Shown here: positions 36,814-45,600 of the stretch, piece after piece
Numbering within the stretch: position 1 is the first letter of the stretch
Layout of the letters: each line of letters starts with the position of its first letter
NCBI GenBank assembly: GCA_900316995.1
Contig: ONEZ01000010.1
Span: forward strand, 3,712 to 67,711
From: an uncultured Bacteroidales bacterium
Lineage (GTDB): Bacteria; Bacteroidota; Bacteroidia; Bacteroidales; Paludibacteraceae
Length of the DNA: 64,000 bases
Reading direction: 5' to 3'
Notes under the pieces: generated by a model
Databases searched by the model: none
What the model saw: the letters and a program-made list of their open reading frames with translations, nothing else
What the model was told of the DNA's origin: nothing
Translations under genes and position numbers: made by a program

Positions 36814-37376
36814 AAAACATTGTAATCATAGATAACTATGACTCATTTACATACAATCTGAGTCACCTTACAAAAGAGCTTGGCGCAAAAGTCACAGTAT
36901 ATAGGAATGACAAGTTCCAGTTACCTGATTTAGAAGCTTTTGATAAAATAATACTATCCCCTGGCCCTGGCATACCAAGCGAGGCGGGGCTCCTTCTTGA
37001 CACCATACGATGCTACGCTGGCAAGAAACCTATATTGGGTGTATGCCTTGGACATCAGGCCATAGGAGAGGCGTTTGGCGGCACACTTACAAACCTAAGT
37101 GAAGTATTCCATGGCGTAGCCACCCCGATGCACATAGTAGCAAATGATTACATCTACAGCAGTCTGCCAGATACCATTGAGGTGGGACGCTACCACTCAT
37201 GGGTGGTGAACCGTAATGGTTTACCTGAATGTCTTGAGATTACAGGCGTGTCAGATGAAGGCTACATCATGTCACTGCGTCATAAGGAGTTTGACATCCG
37301 TGGCATACAGTACCACCCTGAGAGCATACTAACAAAGGATGGGCGTGTAATTCTAAAAAACTGGATTGAAAAATGA
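36810..37376 (+). CDS. trpG: Anthranilate synthase component II (glutamine amidotransferase)
   Basis: It has the GATase-1 triad context ILGVCLGHQAIG and YHPES. The ORF is 188 aa. Confidence 0.95.
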   Translation: MKNIVIIDNYDSFTYNLSHLTKELGAKVTVYRNDKFQLPDLEAFDKIILSPGPGIPSEAGLLLDTIRCYAGKKPILGVCLGHQAIGEAFGGTLTNLSEVFHGVATPMHIVANDYIYSSLPDTIEVGRYHSWVVNRNGLPECLEITGVSDEGYIMSLRHKEFDIRGIQYHPESILTKDGRVILKNWIEK

Positions 37377-38371
37377 AAACATACCTGACAAGACTTGCCG
37401 GAGGTGACACACTAAGCCGTGAAGAGACTCGTGAAATACTGCTTCGCATTACACGTAGCGAACTGAATGACTGCCAGATAGCAGCGTTTCTCATGGCCAT
37501 TCAGACAAGAGGCATAACTGTGGATGAAATATTAGGTCTGAGAGACGGAATATTAGAGACAGGCAAGAGTGTGGATTTATCTGATTATGGCAACACTCTT
37601 GACATTGTGGGTACTGGCGGCGATGGCAAGAATACATTCAACATTTCAACCTGTGCGGCTTTTGTTATAGCCGGAGCAGGATATAAAGTAACCAAGCACG
37701 GCAACGGAGGCAGCACCAGTGTAAGCGGTGCAAGCAACGTGCTCATGAACCACGGTGTAAAGTTCACAGATAACATAGACACGCTGCGCCGCTCACTTGA
37801 CAAGGCTGGAATCTGCTATCTGCACGCTCCCCTATTTGCCTACGGCATGAAGTTTGTGGGGCCTGTGCGCAAGGCATTAGGCATACCCACCTGCTTTAAC
37901 ATCTTAGGCCCGCTTGTAAACCCTTCAAGGCCTAAAAGTTCACTCCACGGCACCGCCACTCCGGCACAGATGCGCCTTTACACCAACGCACATCAGAAAA
38001 TAGGAGACAATTTTGGTGTACTCAGCAGCTATGACGGCTATGATGAAATATCACTTACCAGCGGTTTCAAACTTATAACAAACAACTTTGAGAAGGTGTT
38101 CACCCCTAAAGACCTTGGGTTCAACTACGTGGAGCCTGCCGAAATATATGGTGGTGAGACTGCCGCTGATGCCATGAAGATATTTGACAGCGTACTGGAG
38201 GGCACATCCACCGAGGCGCAGAAAAACGTGGTGCTTGCAAACGCAGCCTGCGGCATAAGCATAATGGACCGCAACTTGAGCATTGCAGAGAGCGTGGCTC
38301 TGGCTCGTGAGTCATTAGAGTCAGGCAAAGCGCTAAGCACACTAACGAAATTTATAGAGATAAACTCATGA
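37373..38371 (+). CDS. trpD: Anthranilate phosphoribosyltransferase
   Basis: DIVGTGGDGKNTFNIST and KHGNGG are motifs of this family. Confidence 0.95.
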   Translation: MKTYLTRLAGGDTLSREETREILLRITRSELNDCQIAAFLMAIQTRGITVDEILGLRDGILETGKSVDLSDYGNTLDIVGTGGDGKNTFNISTCAAFVIAGAGYKVTKHGNGGSTSVSGASNVLMNHGVKFTDNIDTLRRSLDKAGICYLHAPLFAYGMKFVGPVRKALGIPTCFNILGPLVNPSRPKSSLHGTATPAQMRLYTNAHQKIGDNFGVLSSYDGYDEISLTSGFKLITNNFEKVFTPKDLGFNYVEPAEIYGGETAADAMKIFDSVLEGTSTEAQKNVVLANAACGISIMDRNLSIAESVALARESLESGKALSTLTKFIEINS

Positions 38372-39168
38372 CACAGGACATTCTCTCAAAAATAACTGCT
38401 CAAAAAAGGATTGAGGTGGCTAAAGACAAGTCTTTAACCCCGCCTGCGGTGCTTTATAAATCAGTGGAACTCCTAATGTCTGAAAACTCTGACACACGGA
38501 GCATGAGTGGCTCTCTTATGGCAAGCGCACACGGAATTATTGCAGAGTTTAAGCGCAAAAGCCCGTCAAAAGGCTGGATTCACCCCGATGTGGAGCCCGA
38601 GGATGTGGTGCCACGCTACGCAAAAGCAGGCGCAGCCGCACTAAGCATACTCACTGACACAGATTTTTTTGGAGGATGCAGGGAGTTTATAAAAAGAGTG
38701 CGTCCCATGGTGCAGACCCCCATACTGCGCAAGGATTTCATAATTGACGAGTACCAGATATTTCAAGCCAAAGAGATAGGAGCTGATGCAGTGCTGCTAA
38801 TTGCAGCCTGCCTGAGCAAACAGGAGTGTGAGAGCCTTATAAGCACGGCGCACAACCTGGGTATGGAAGTTCTGCTTGAAATGCACAGCAAGTCTGAACT
38901 TGACTACGCCACACTTGGCGCTGATATGCTTGGCATTAACAACCGCAATCTTGGAACCTTTGTAACAGACGTGAACAACTCATTCAAAATGGCAGAGCTT
39001 CTGCCCGAGGATAAACTTAAAGTGAGTGAGAGCGGCATAAGCAACCCTGAGACCATAAAGCAGTTAAGAAATGTAGGATTCAGAGGTTTCCTTATAGGAG
39101 AAACATTTATGAAAGAGAGCGACCCTGGTGCAGCATTGGAGAATTTTATAAAAAACTTAGCTGAATGA
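38368..39168 (+). CDS. trpC: Indole-3-glycerol phosphate synthase
   Basis: IIAEFKRKSPSKG, LSILTD..FFGG and INNRNL are motifs of this family. Confidence 0.94.
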   Translation: MTQDILSKITAQKRIEVAKDKSLTPPAVLYKSVELLMSENSDTRSMSGSLMASAHGIIAEFKRKSPSKGWIHPDVEPEDVVPRYAKAGAAALSILTDTDFFGGCREFIKRVRPMVQTPILRKDFIIDEYQIFQAKEIGADAVLLIAACLSKQECESLISTAHNLGMEVLLEMHSKSELDYATLGADMLGINNRNLGTFVTDVNNSFKMAELLPEDKLKVSESGISNPETIKQLRNVGFRGFLIGETFMKESDPGAALENFIKNLAE

Positions 39169-39782
39169 TAGTAAAAGTATGCGGTATGCGTGAGCCTGAC
39201 AATATTAGGGATGTGGAGGCTCTCCACCCTGACATGATGGGCTTTATATGCTGGGAGAAATCTCCCAGATATGTAGCCGCAGTGCCGTCATACCTTCCTA
39301 AGTGCCAGAGAGTGTGCGTTTTTGTAAATCCTTCAATTAACTACGCACTCCAGATGGCGGATAGTTTTAAGGCAGATTATCTACAGCTGCACGGCAGTGA
39401 GACGCCAGACTTCTGTCAGGAGCTAAAGCAAGCCACCGGACTTAAAATAATTAAAGCCATTTCCATTGCAAACTCTGCTGACATTGAAAAAAGCAAAAAA
39501 TACCAAGGTATAGCAGACATTATGCTTTTTGACACCAAGTGCGCCACGGTGGGCGGCAGCGGAGTAAAATTTGACTGGAGCATACTTGACAGTTACTCTG
39601 GCACCACCCCGTTCCTGCTTTCAGGCGGGATAGGACCGGATGACGCAGAAAGTATACTATCCATAAAACACCCAATGTTTGCAGGAGTTGACCTTAACAG
39701 CGGCTTTGAAAGTTCTCCGGCAGTAAAAGATATACCAAAACTAAAAAAATTCATAACAAGCATACGATATGAACAGAATTAA
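39165..39782 (+). CDS. trpF: Phosphoribosylanthranilate isomerase
   Basis: It has (I)VKVCGM, LQLHG and LSGGI motifs. The ORF is 205 aa. Confidence 0.92.
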   Translation: MIVKVCGMREPDNIRDVEALHPDMMGFICWEKSPRYVAAVPSYLPKCQRVCVFVNPSINYALQMADSFKADYLQLHGSETPDFCQELKQATGLKIIKAISIANSADIEKSKKYQGIADIMLFDTKCATVGGSGVKFDWSILDSYSGTTPFLLSGGIGPDDAESILSIKHPMFAGVDLNSGFESSPAVKDIPKLKKFITSIRYEQN

Positions 39783-40545
39783 CCAACTATTTGCAAACAA
39801 GAAACAGAATATTCTCTCCATATATTTTTGTGCAGGCCATCCAAAGGCCGGAAACTGCGCAGAGGTGATAACATCGCTGGAGCGCAACGGCATAGACATG
39901 ATAGAAGTGGGCATACCGTTCAGTGACCCTATGGCAGACGGTCCGGTAATACAAAGTGCAGCCACAACCTCACTAAGGAACGGGACAACACTTAGCGGGA
40001 TATTCTCAGAACTTGACGGCATACGCCGGGATGTGAGCATACCGCTGGTGCTTATGGGCTACCTTAACCCCATATACCACTTTGGGTACGAAAAGTTTTT
40101 CAGTAAATGCATTGAGACTGGCATCGACGGAGTAATAATACCAGACCTGCCTTTCAAAGACTACATAGAAGAGGTGAAACCCATAGCAGACCGCTATGAC
40201 ATTCGAGTAATCATGCTTATAACACCTGAGACCAGCGATGAGCGCATACGCTTCATTGACAGCAATACAGACGGATTCATCTATATGGTTTCAAGTGCAG
40301 CCGTAACAGGCGCACAGAAGGAGTTTGATGCGGCAAAACAGGCATACTTCAATCATGTTAACAGCATGAATCTGACACAGCCGAGAATGATAGGTTTTGG
40401 TATAAGCAACCGCGCCACACTTGAAAGCGCACGTAAAAATGCAGCAGGATGTATTATAGGGAGTAAGTTTGTGACTCTACTTGAAGAGGCAGGCGGCGAT
40501 GCAGACAAAGCCTGCGCTGAGCTATTCAAAGCATTGGAGATTTAA
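39769..40545 (+). CDS. trpA: Tryptophan synthase alpha chain
   Basis: IEVGIPFSDPMADGPVIQ and GFGIS are motifs of this family. Confidence 0.95.
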   Translation: MNRINQLFANKKQNILSIYFCAGHPKAGNCAEVITSLERNGIDMIEVGIPFSDPMADGPVIQSAATTSLRNGTTLSGIFSELDGIRRDVSIPLVLMGYLNPIYHFGYEKFFSKCIETGIDGVIIPDLPFKDYIEEVKPIADRYDIRVIMLITPETSDERIRFIDSNTDGFIYMVSSAAVTGAQKEFDAAKQAYFNHVNSMNLTQPRMIGFGISNRATLESARKNAAGCIIGSKFVTLLEEAGGDADKACAELFKALEI

Positions 40546-40550
40546 CACTG

Positions 40551-42125
40551 TCAACCGTTATTGTCAACCACATCTATTTCATTGCCGTCCTTATCAGTAA
40601 ACTTGTACTGCAGGTACGGCATATTCTGGTCTGGCAGTATATTTAGGCGGAACCAGTAGCGGCGGCGCATCTTGTGACGCAGGCTGATAAAGCCCTTGGT
40701 CATATAGGCATAAACAAACGGATGAACCCACAGAGTGGCACGCTTTACATTCATAACCTTGAACACAAAGTAAGCCTTGCGCTCCAGAAGGTCTGTGAAA
40801 AGTATTGATGAAGTGGTTTTACCTGAGCCTCCGCACGTAGGGCAAATCTCCTTAGTGTTTACGTATGTGGCAGGACGCACTCTCTGGCGTGTAATCTGCA
40901 TAAGTCCGAATTTAGAGAGCGGCAGAACGTTGTGCTTTGCACTGTCATTCTTCAAGTTCTCCACCATACGCTCATAAACCTGCTGTTTATGCTTCTCATT
41001 ATGCATATCTATGAGGTCAATTACAACTATGCCGCCCATATCTCTGAGCCGCATCTGATGCGCCACTTCATCTACTGCCATCATATTAACCTCAAAAGCG
41101 TTTGACTCCTGGCTATCCTGGTCTTTCTGTATGCGGATGCCACTGTTTACGTCAACCACGTGCATAGCCTCAGTAGTGTCAATAACCAAATACGCACCCT
41201 TCTTGAACGGGACTATCCTGCCAAATGACGCCTTAATCTGCTTGGTTACGTTATACACGTCAAACAGCGGAAGTTCATCATCGTAGAACTTCACAATATC
41301 ACTTTTGGTAGGCTCTATAAGGCTAATGTATGATTTTATCTCCTCATAGAACTCACGGTCATTCACCACGATGCTCTCATAGTTGCGGTTAAGGTTATCT
41401 CTGAGCACCGCCTCCGCCCTGTTAATCTCCTCAAGGATGAGAGAGGGAACCGTTTTACGCTTTGCGGCGATGCGAGCCAGAGCCTCCTCCCAGCGCTTTA
41501 CTAAAATGACAAGTTCATTCTTAAGCTCATCAGCCTCCTTGCCCTCAGCCACAGTACGCACTATGGCGCCGTAATTCTTTGGACGGGCAGCATTTACAAT
41601 CTTTCTAAGGCGGTTACGCTCCTTACTCTGCACAATTTTCTGTGAAACAGACACCTTATTTGAGAACGGCATCAGGACAAGCGAGCGTCCGGCAAGACTT
41701 ATCTCAGTAGTAAGCCTTGGACCTTTGGTGGATATAGGTTCCTTGGTCACCTGAACCAGTATCTCCTGCCCTGCTGTAAGTGTATTTGAGATAAGACCGT
41801 CTTTTGTGGTCTCCTTCTGGAAATCCACCTTGTTCATGGATAGCTGCCGACCCTTACCCTTAGGCATATCTTGCAGGAAACGGTCTATTGTGAAGAAATT
41901 AGCTCCCAGATCAAGGTAGTGCAGAAAGCCCTCTTTCTCATACCCCACCTCCACGAATGCCGCATTAAGACCTGGCAAAAGTTTCTTAACCTTTGCAAGA
42001 TATATGTTTCCAACGGCAAATGTGGATGTTCTGCTCTCTTTAGTGTACTCCACAAGCGTGGAGTCTTCTGTAAGGGCTATATCAATTGTATCAGAAGATA
42101 CGTTTAATAAAAGTCTGCTTTCCAT
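40551..42125 (-). CDS. rng: Rne/Rng-family ribonuclease (RNase G-like)
   Basis: It has an S1 domain (VGNIYLAKVKKLLPGLNAAFVEVG), a DNase-I-like catalytic region (VIDTTEA..VDVNSG) and a Zn-link CPTCGGSG. I used the ATG at 42125 (MESRLLLNV). Confidence 0.9.
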   Translation of the reverse strand: MESRLLLNVSSDTIDIALTEDSTLVEYTKESRTSTFAVGNIYLAKVKKLLPGLNAAFVEVGYEKEGFLHYLDLGANFFTIDRFLQDMPKGKGRQLSMNKVDFQKETTKDGLISNTLTAGQEILVQVTKEPISTKGPRLTTEISLAGRSLVLMPFSNKVSVSQKIVQSKERNRLRKIVNAARPKNYGAIVRTVAEGKEADELKNELVILVKRWEEALARIAAKRKTVPSLILEEINRAEAVLRDNLNRNYESIVVNDREFYEEIKSYISLIEPTKSDIVKFYDDELPLFDVYNVTKQIKASFGRIVPFKKGAYLVIDTTEAMHVVDVNSGIRIQKDQDSQESNAFEVNMMAVDEVAHQMRLRDMGGIVVIDLIDMHNEKHKQQVYERMVENLKNDSAKHNVLPLSKFGLMQITRQRVRPATYVNTKEICPTCGGSGKTTSSILFTDLLERKAYFVFKVMNVKRATLWVHPFVYAYMTKGFISLRHKMRRRYWFRLNILPDQNMPYLQYKFTDKDGNEIDVVDNNG

Positions 42126-42209
42126 ATAGTATGATGTAAAACAAAAAGAACAAACCCGGCCTTGCAGGCGTAAGTTTGTTCCTTTTTTTCTCAGACCAGA
42201 CGTCAACTG

Positions 42210-42299
42210 TTACTTATGTTTGTGACGATTCTTTCTAAGTCTTTTTTTACGTTTGTGAGTGGACATTTTATGTCTCTTTCTCTTCTTTCCGCTTGGCAT
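42210..42299 (-). CDS. 29-aa highly basic peptide, bS22/AURKAIP1-like small ribosomal-protein candidate
   Basis: The unannotated minus-strand ORF reads MPSGKKRKRHKMSTHKRKKRLRKNRHKHK*. Its KRKRxKMxxHKRKKRL pattern recalls the small basic ribosomal protein bS22 family. It is too short for the ORF track. Confidence 0.5.
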   Translation of the reverse strand: MPSGKKRKRHKMSTHKRKKRLRKNRHKHK

Positions 42300-42332
42300 A
42301 ACTATAAATTTTTAGATATTTTCAACAAAAAA

Positions 42333-42608
42333 TTACTTGCTAACCTTCTCAACAAAAGTCTTCGCTGGCTTAAATGCCGGGATTGAGTGAGCAGGAATAT
42401 TTATAGTGGTGTTCTTTGAGATGTTACGAGCAACCTTAGCAGCACGCTCCTTAACAATAAAGCTACCAAAACCTCTCAAATAAACATTCTCTTTTGCCTC
42501 AAGGGACTTTCTAACCTCTTCCATAAAAGACTCAACAACCTGCATAACTGCAACCTTGTCAATGCCGGTGCTATTGGAAATCTCGTTTACAATTTCAGCT
42601 TTTGTCAT
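42333..42608 (-). CDS. hup: HU-family DNA-binding protein
   Basis: It has MTKAEIVNEIS... and the RGFGSF..K.R..R..RNP-like beta-arm. The ORF is 91 aa. Confidence 0.93.
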   Translation of the reverse strand: MTKAEIVNEISNSTGIDKVAVMQVVESFMEEVRKSLEAKENVYLRGFGSFIVKERAAKVARNISKNTTINIPAHSIPAFKPAKTFVEKVSK

Positions 42609-42698
42609 AGTTGTATAGTGTTATTAATTATGATATTTTCAATTGGACTGCAAATATAGTATCTTTTTGCGTAACAATCTAATAATCCCACATTTTTT

Positions 42699-45600
42699 TT
42701 AATTTTTTTTGATTTTGCCGGATAATATAAGTTTGTTAGAACTATATAAAAATGAATATATCAGTATTCCACCCTTATCCTCATTGTAAGTGTAACCGTT
42801 TGCACACGGGGCGCATATATCCTCACAGTTAGGGTCCACCACCGGAAGCCTGACTATACGCTCCACCGCACCACCAAGGGTACTTAAAACCACACTCACA
42901 TTCTCACATTTGGTTGTAAAGCGCCATCCTTCTGAAACAGAACCAGTTATACACACATCATTAGCGGTAGGAACTGAAGTGGGATCAAAACTGTCAGGCA
43001 CAAAATGCACTATGTATTTTGACTTGTGTACGCCATCCTGCGCCACCACCTGCACCTCAACTGCAATCTCTGTTTCAGATTCACTTCTCACAACCATCAC
43101 ACTCTGGCCGCTCTCCATGGCCGTAAAGGTTACAAGCTCCTTATCCACCGTGCCGGCTCCAAACGGCAGCTTTATTTCATAGTCATGCACATCAGGGCTG
43201 AAATTATCCAGAATTACATCCTTATAATATATAGCCTGAAGTTTTGTGTTATCAGACAGTTTGATAGATGTTTTAATCACATAGTTTGCTGTTTTTCCGC
43301 TTGCCGCCACCGATGTCAGGGTTATGCTCTCACGCGTAACCTGACGCATTGACACCTTGGCGTTAGGACTCAAGGTCTTGTACTCCACGTCTTTCACCAG
43401 TGGTATAAAAGAGGAGTCTGTATAGGCCTCATGCTCCACAGTGTAAACCGGACGGTCCGGATCAAAACCCTCTATGGTCTTACCAAACACCCTTAAATCA
43501 CTGAGTCGGGCCTCATCATCAGGCTGAATCAGAAAATCAACCACATACTCATTAGGCACACCCACCTCAGACACCACGTCAAGCACCACATTAATGTGTG
43601 ACTCATCCAGCACAGTAATTTTTGGACTTACACTCTGGGTTCCAGGAGGAGTGAGGTCATAAGTAACCGCCACATCGGTCGATGTGCCGTACGGGAGCTT
43701 CACTTCATATTCGTTCACATTCGGATCAAACCCTTCAATCTTGACACCGTTGTAGTATATCATATCAAGCGTGCCCACTTCACTTGGCACAGGTGATATT
43801 TCCACCGTGTATTTTTTATCATTACTACCGTCAGCGGATTTTACCGTGATATTATAAACAGAGCTTTCTCCCTTTATCTCAGTGGTTACTGTCTGATCCT
43901 CCGCAAACTTTACTGCCTCTATCACTGGTATTTTATACTCTCCAGCTTTACGTTTCACATAGTAATAGGTACCATCCGGCTTAAAGTCAAGTTCGTGTCC
44001 TATTACCCTGATGTTTTTAAGATCAGCCACATCTTTATCACCCTGCAAAAATAATATTTTGTATGAGACAGACTCTTTGAGTGACTCGGAAACAGCGGTA
44101 ACAGTAACAGACAATCCTTCCTTACTCTCCGCATAATCCACATTGCATATCTGGCTTGACGATTTACCTATCACCGTTACGTCTGGTATATAGCGGACAC
44201 CTGCCGGCAGTTCATACTCATACAGGTGTTTCTCAGGATCAAAACCTTCAAGAGGCTTACCATCAACCATAATTGATTTTACGCCCACATTATCAGTTTT
44301 GCTTCTGGTAACATTAAGGTTGTAGTCTGTATATGTGCCATCCTCAGCATAACTTCTTATGCTTATATGATGCACATTATCCTTATACTCACCATAAGTA
44401 ATGTCATACATCTGGTCCTCCACCTCGCCTTCTATCTCTATCAAAGGAGTGCCTGTGCTTTCTGAGCTTATTATTGCCATGACATCAGTACCGTTTATTA
44501 CAGCCTTTTTTCCATCCACTGTAATTTTAGCAATCTTAGAACTATACTTAAACCTAATGTAATCAACTTTGAGTTGGGAACAGAGGTCATAGCTAACAAA
44601 ATCAAATCCATTCGCATAATATGGAAAATCTTTAACACTGTTATACTTTGCACTGTTGACAATTATATTAAGCTGGCTTGGATTCTTGAATTTACCTGTT
44701 ATTGGTACACTCTTAACCTTCCATTTGTCATTATATTCATAATCCGTAAAAGAGTATGTCTTAGTGCCACTGTCATCTGTCAGAGAACAATCCATGTGAA
44801 TGTAGTTATCGTCGATGCCTATATAGTCCTTGTTGTTTGAGACTGGATTGTATCTCATCTCAATGGCATCAGGTGTATTATGGAACGGTATGCCTCCTGA
44901 GATCTTTACAGTGGTGTAACTGGCCGCCTTAAAATCAACCGCTATATCACCTAAAGTCATAAGGCCAGGGAAACGGCCAGCCAAACTCCAATAATTACGT
45001 ACCGTTTTTAGAGTAACCTGACCTTCTCCCTTTTCAATAAGGTATTTGGTGTTAAATCGTCCGTAGGAGCTTTCCACATCAGCAGGGACAACCCAGCCCT
45101 TGGGCTTTTTGGTATCCTTCTCCTCAGAATGCATACAGTCAGTCCACTCGTCAAACTCACCATTAGGTATCTCATCATTCTCATAGTGCAGGTATAAGTC
45201 ATATCTGGCGGGACCGAGTTTACCTGAACTTCCAGTTTCAAACCTTACATGGTTGTTTTCAGAGATGCTCTTATTAAAGGGGACATCAGCAACCGCTTCA
45301 ATGCTTTTGGGAGCCCTCTTTACATTTATTATGTACTTGAATTTATCTGGTCTGAAATTTTCAATCGGCTTACCATCTACAACAATGCCTTTAATTGCAT
45401 TGTAAGATTTATGTCTGTTAAAATGGAGAGTGTATCTCACATTTTCCACACCTTTCTGATTAGATATAACATCCAAAAATGCATGACCTTCACCAGCCGT
45501 TGACAGTACTACTGATTGAATATCATAGCCCTTTACATATCCTACAACCAAAGAGTCCGCCGTGTTTATATCAACTGTATATTCAAATACGTCCGGATTA

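Noticed and set aside
34221-40545. Unusual trp operon order, with trpB first, trpA last and separated from trpB.
   Set aside because: The trpB-E-G-D-C-F-A order is the arrangement I recall as normal for Bacteroides and relatives. All seven genes are intact with overlapping or abutting stops and starts, so nothing is novel.
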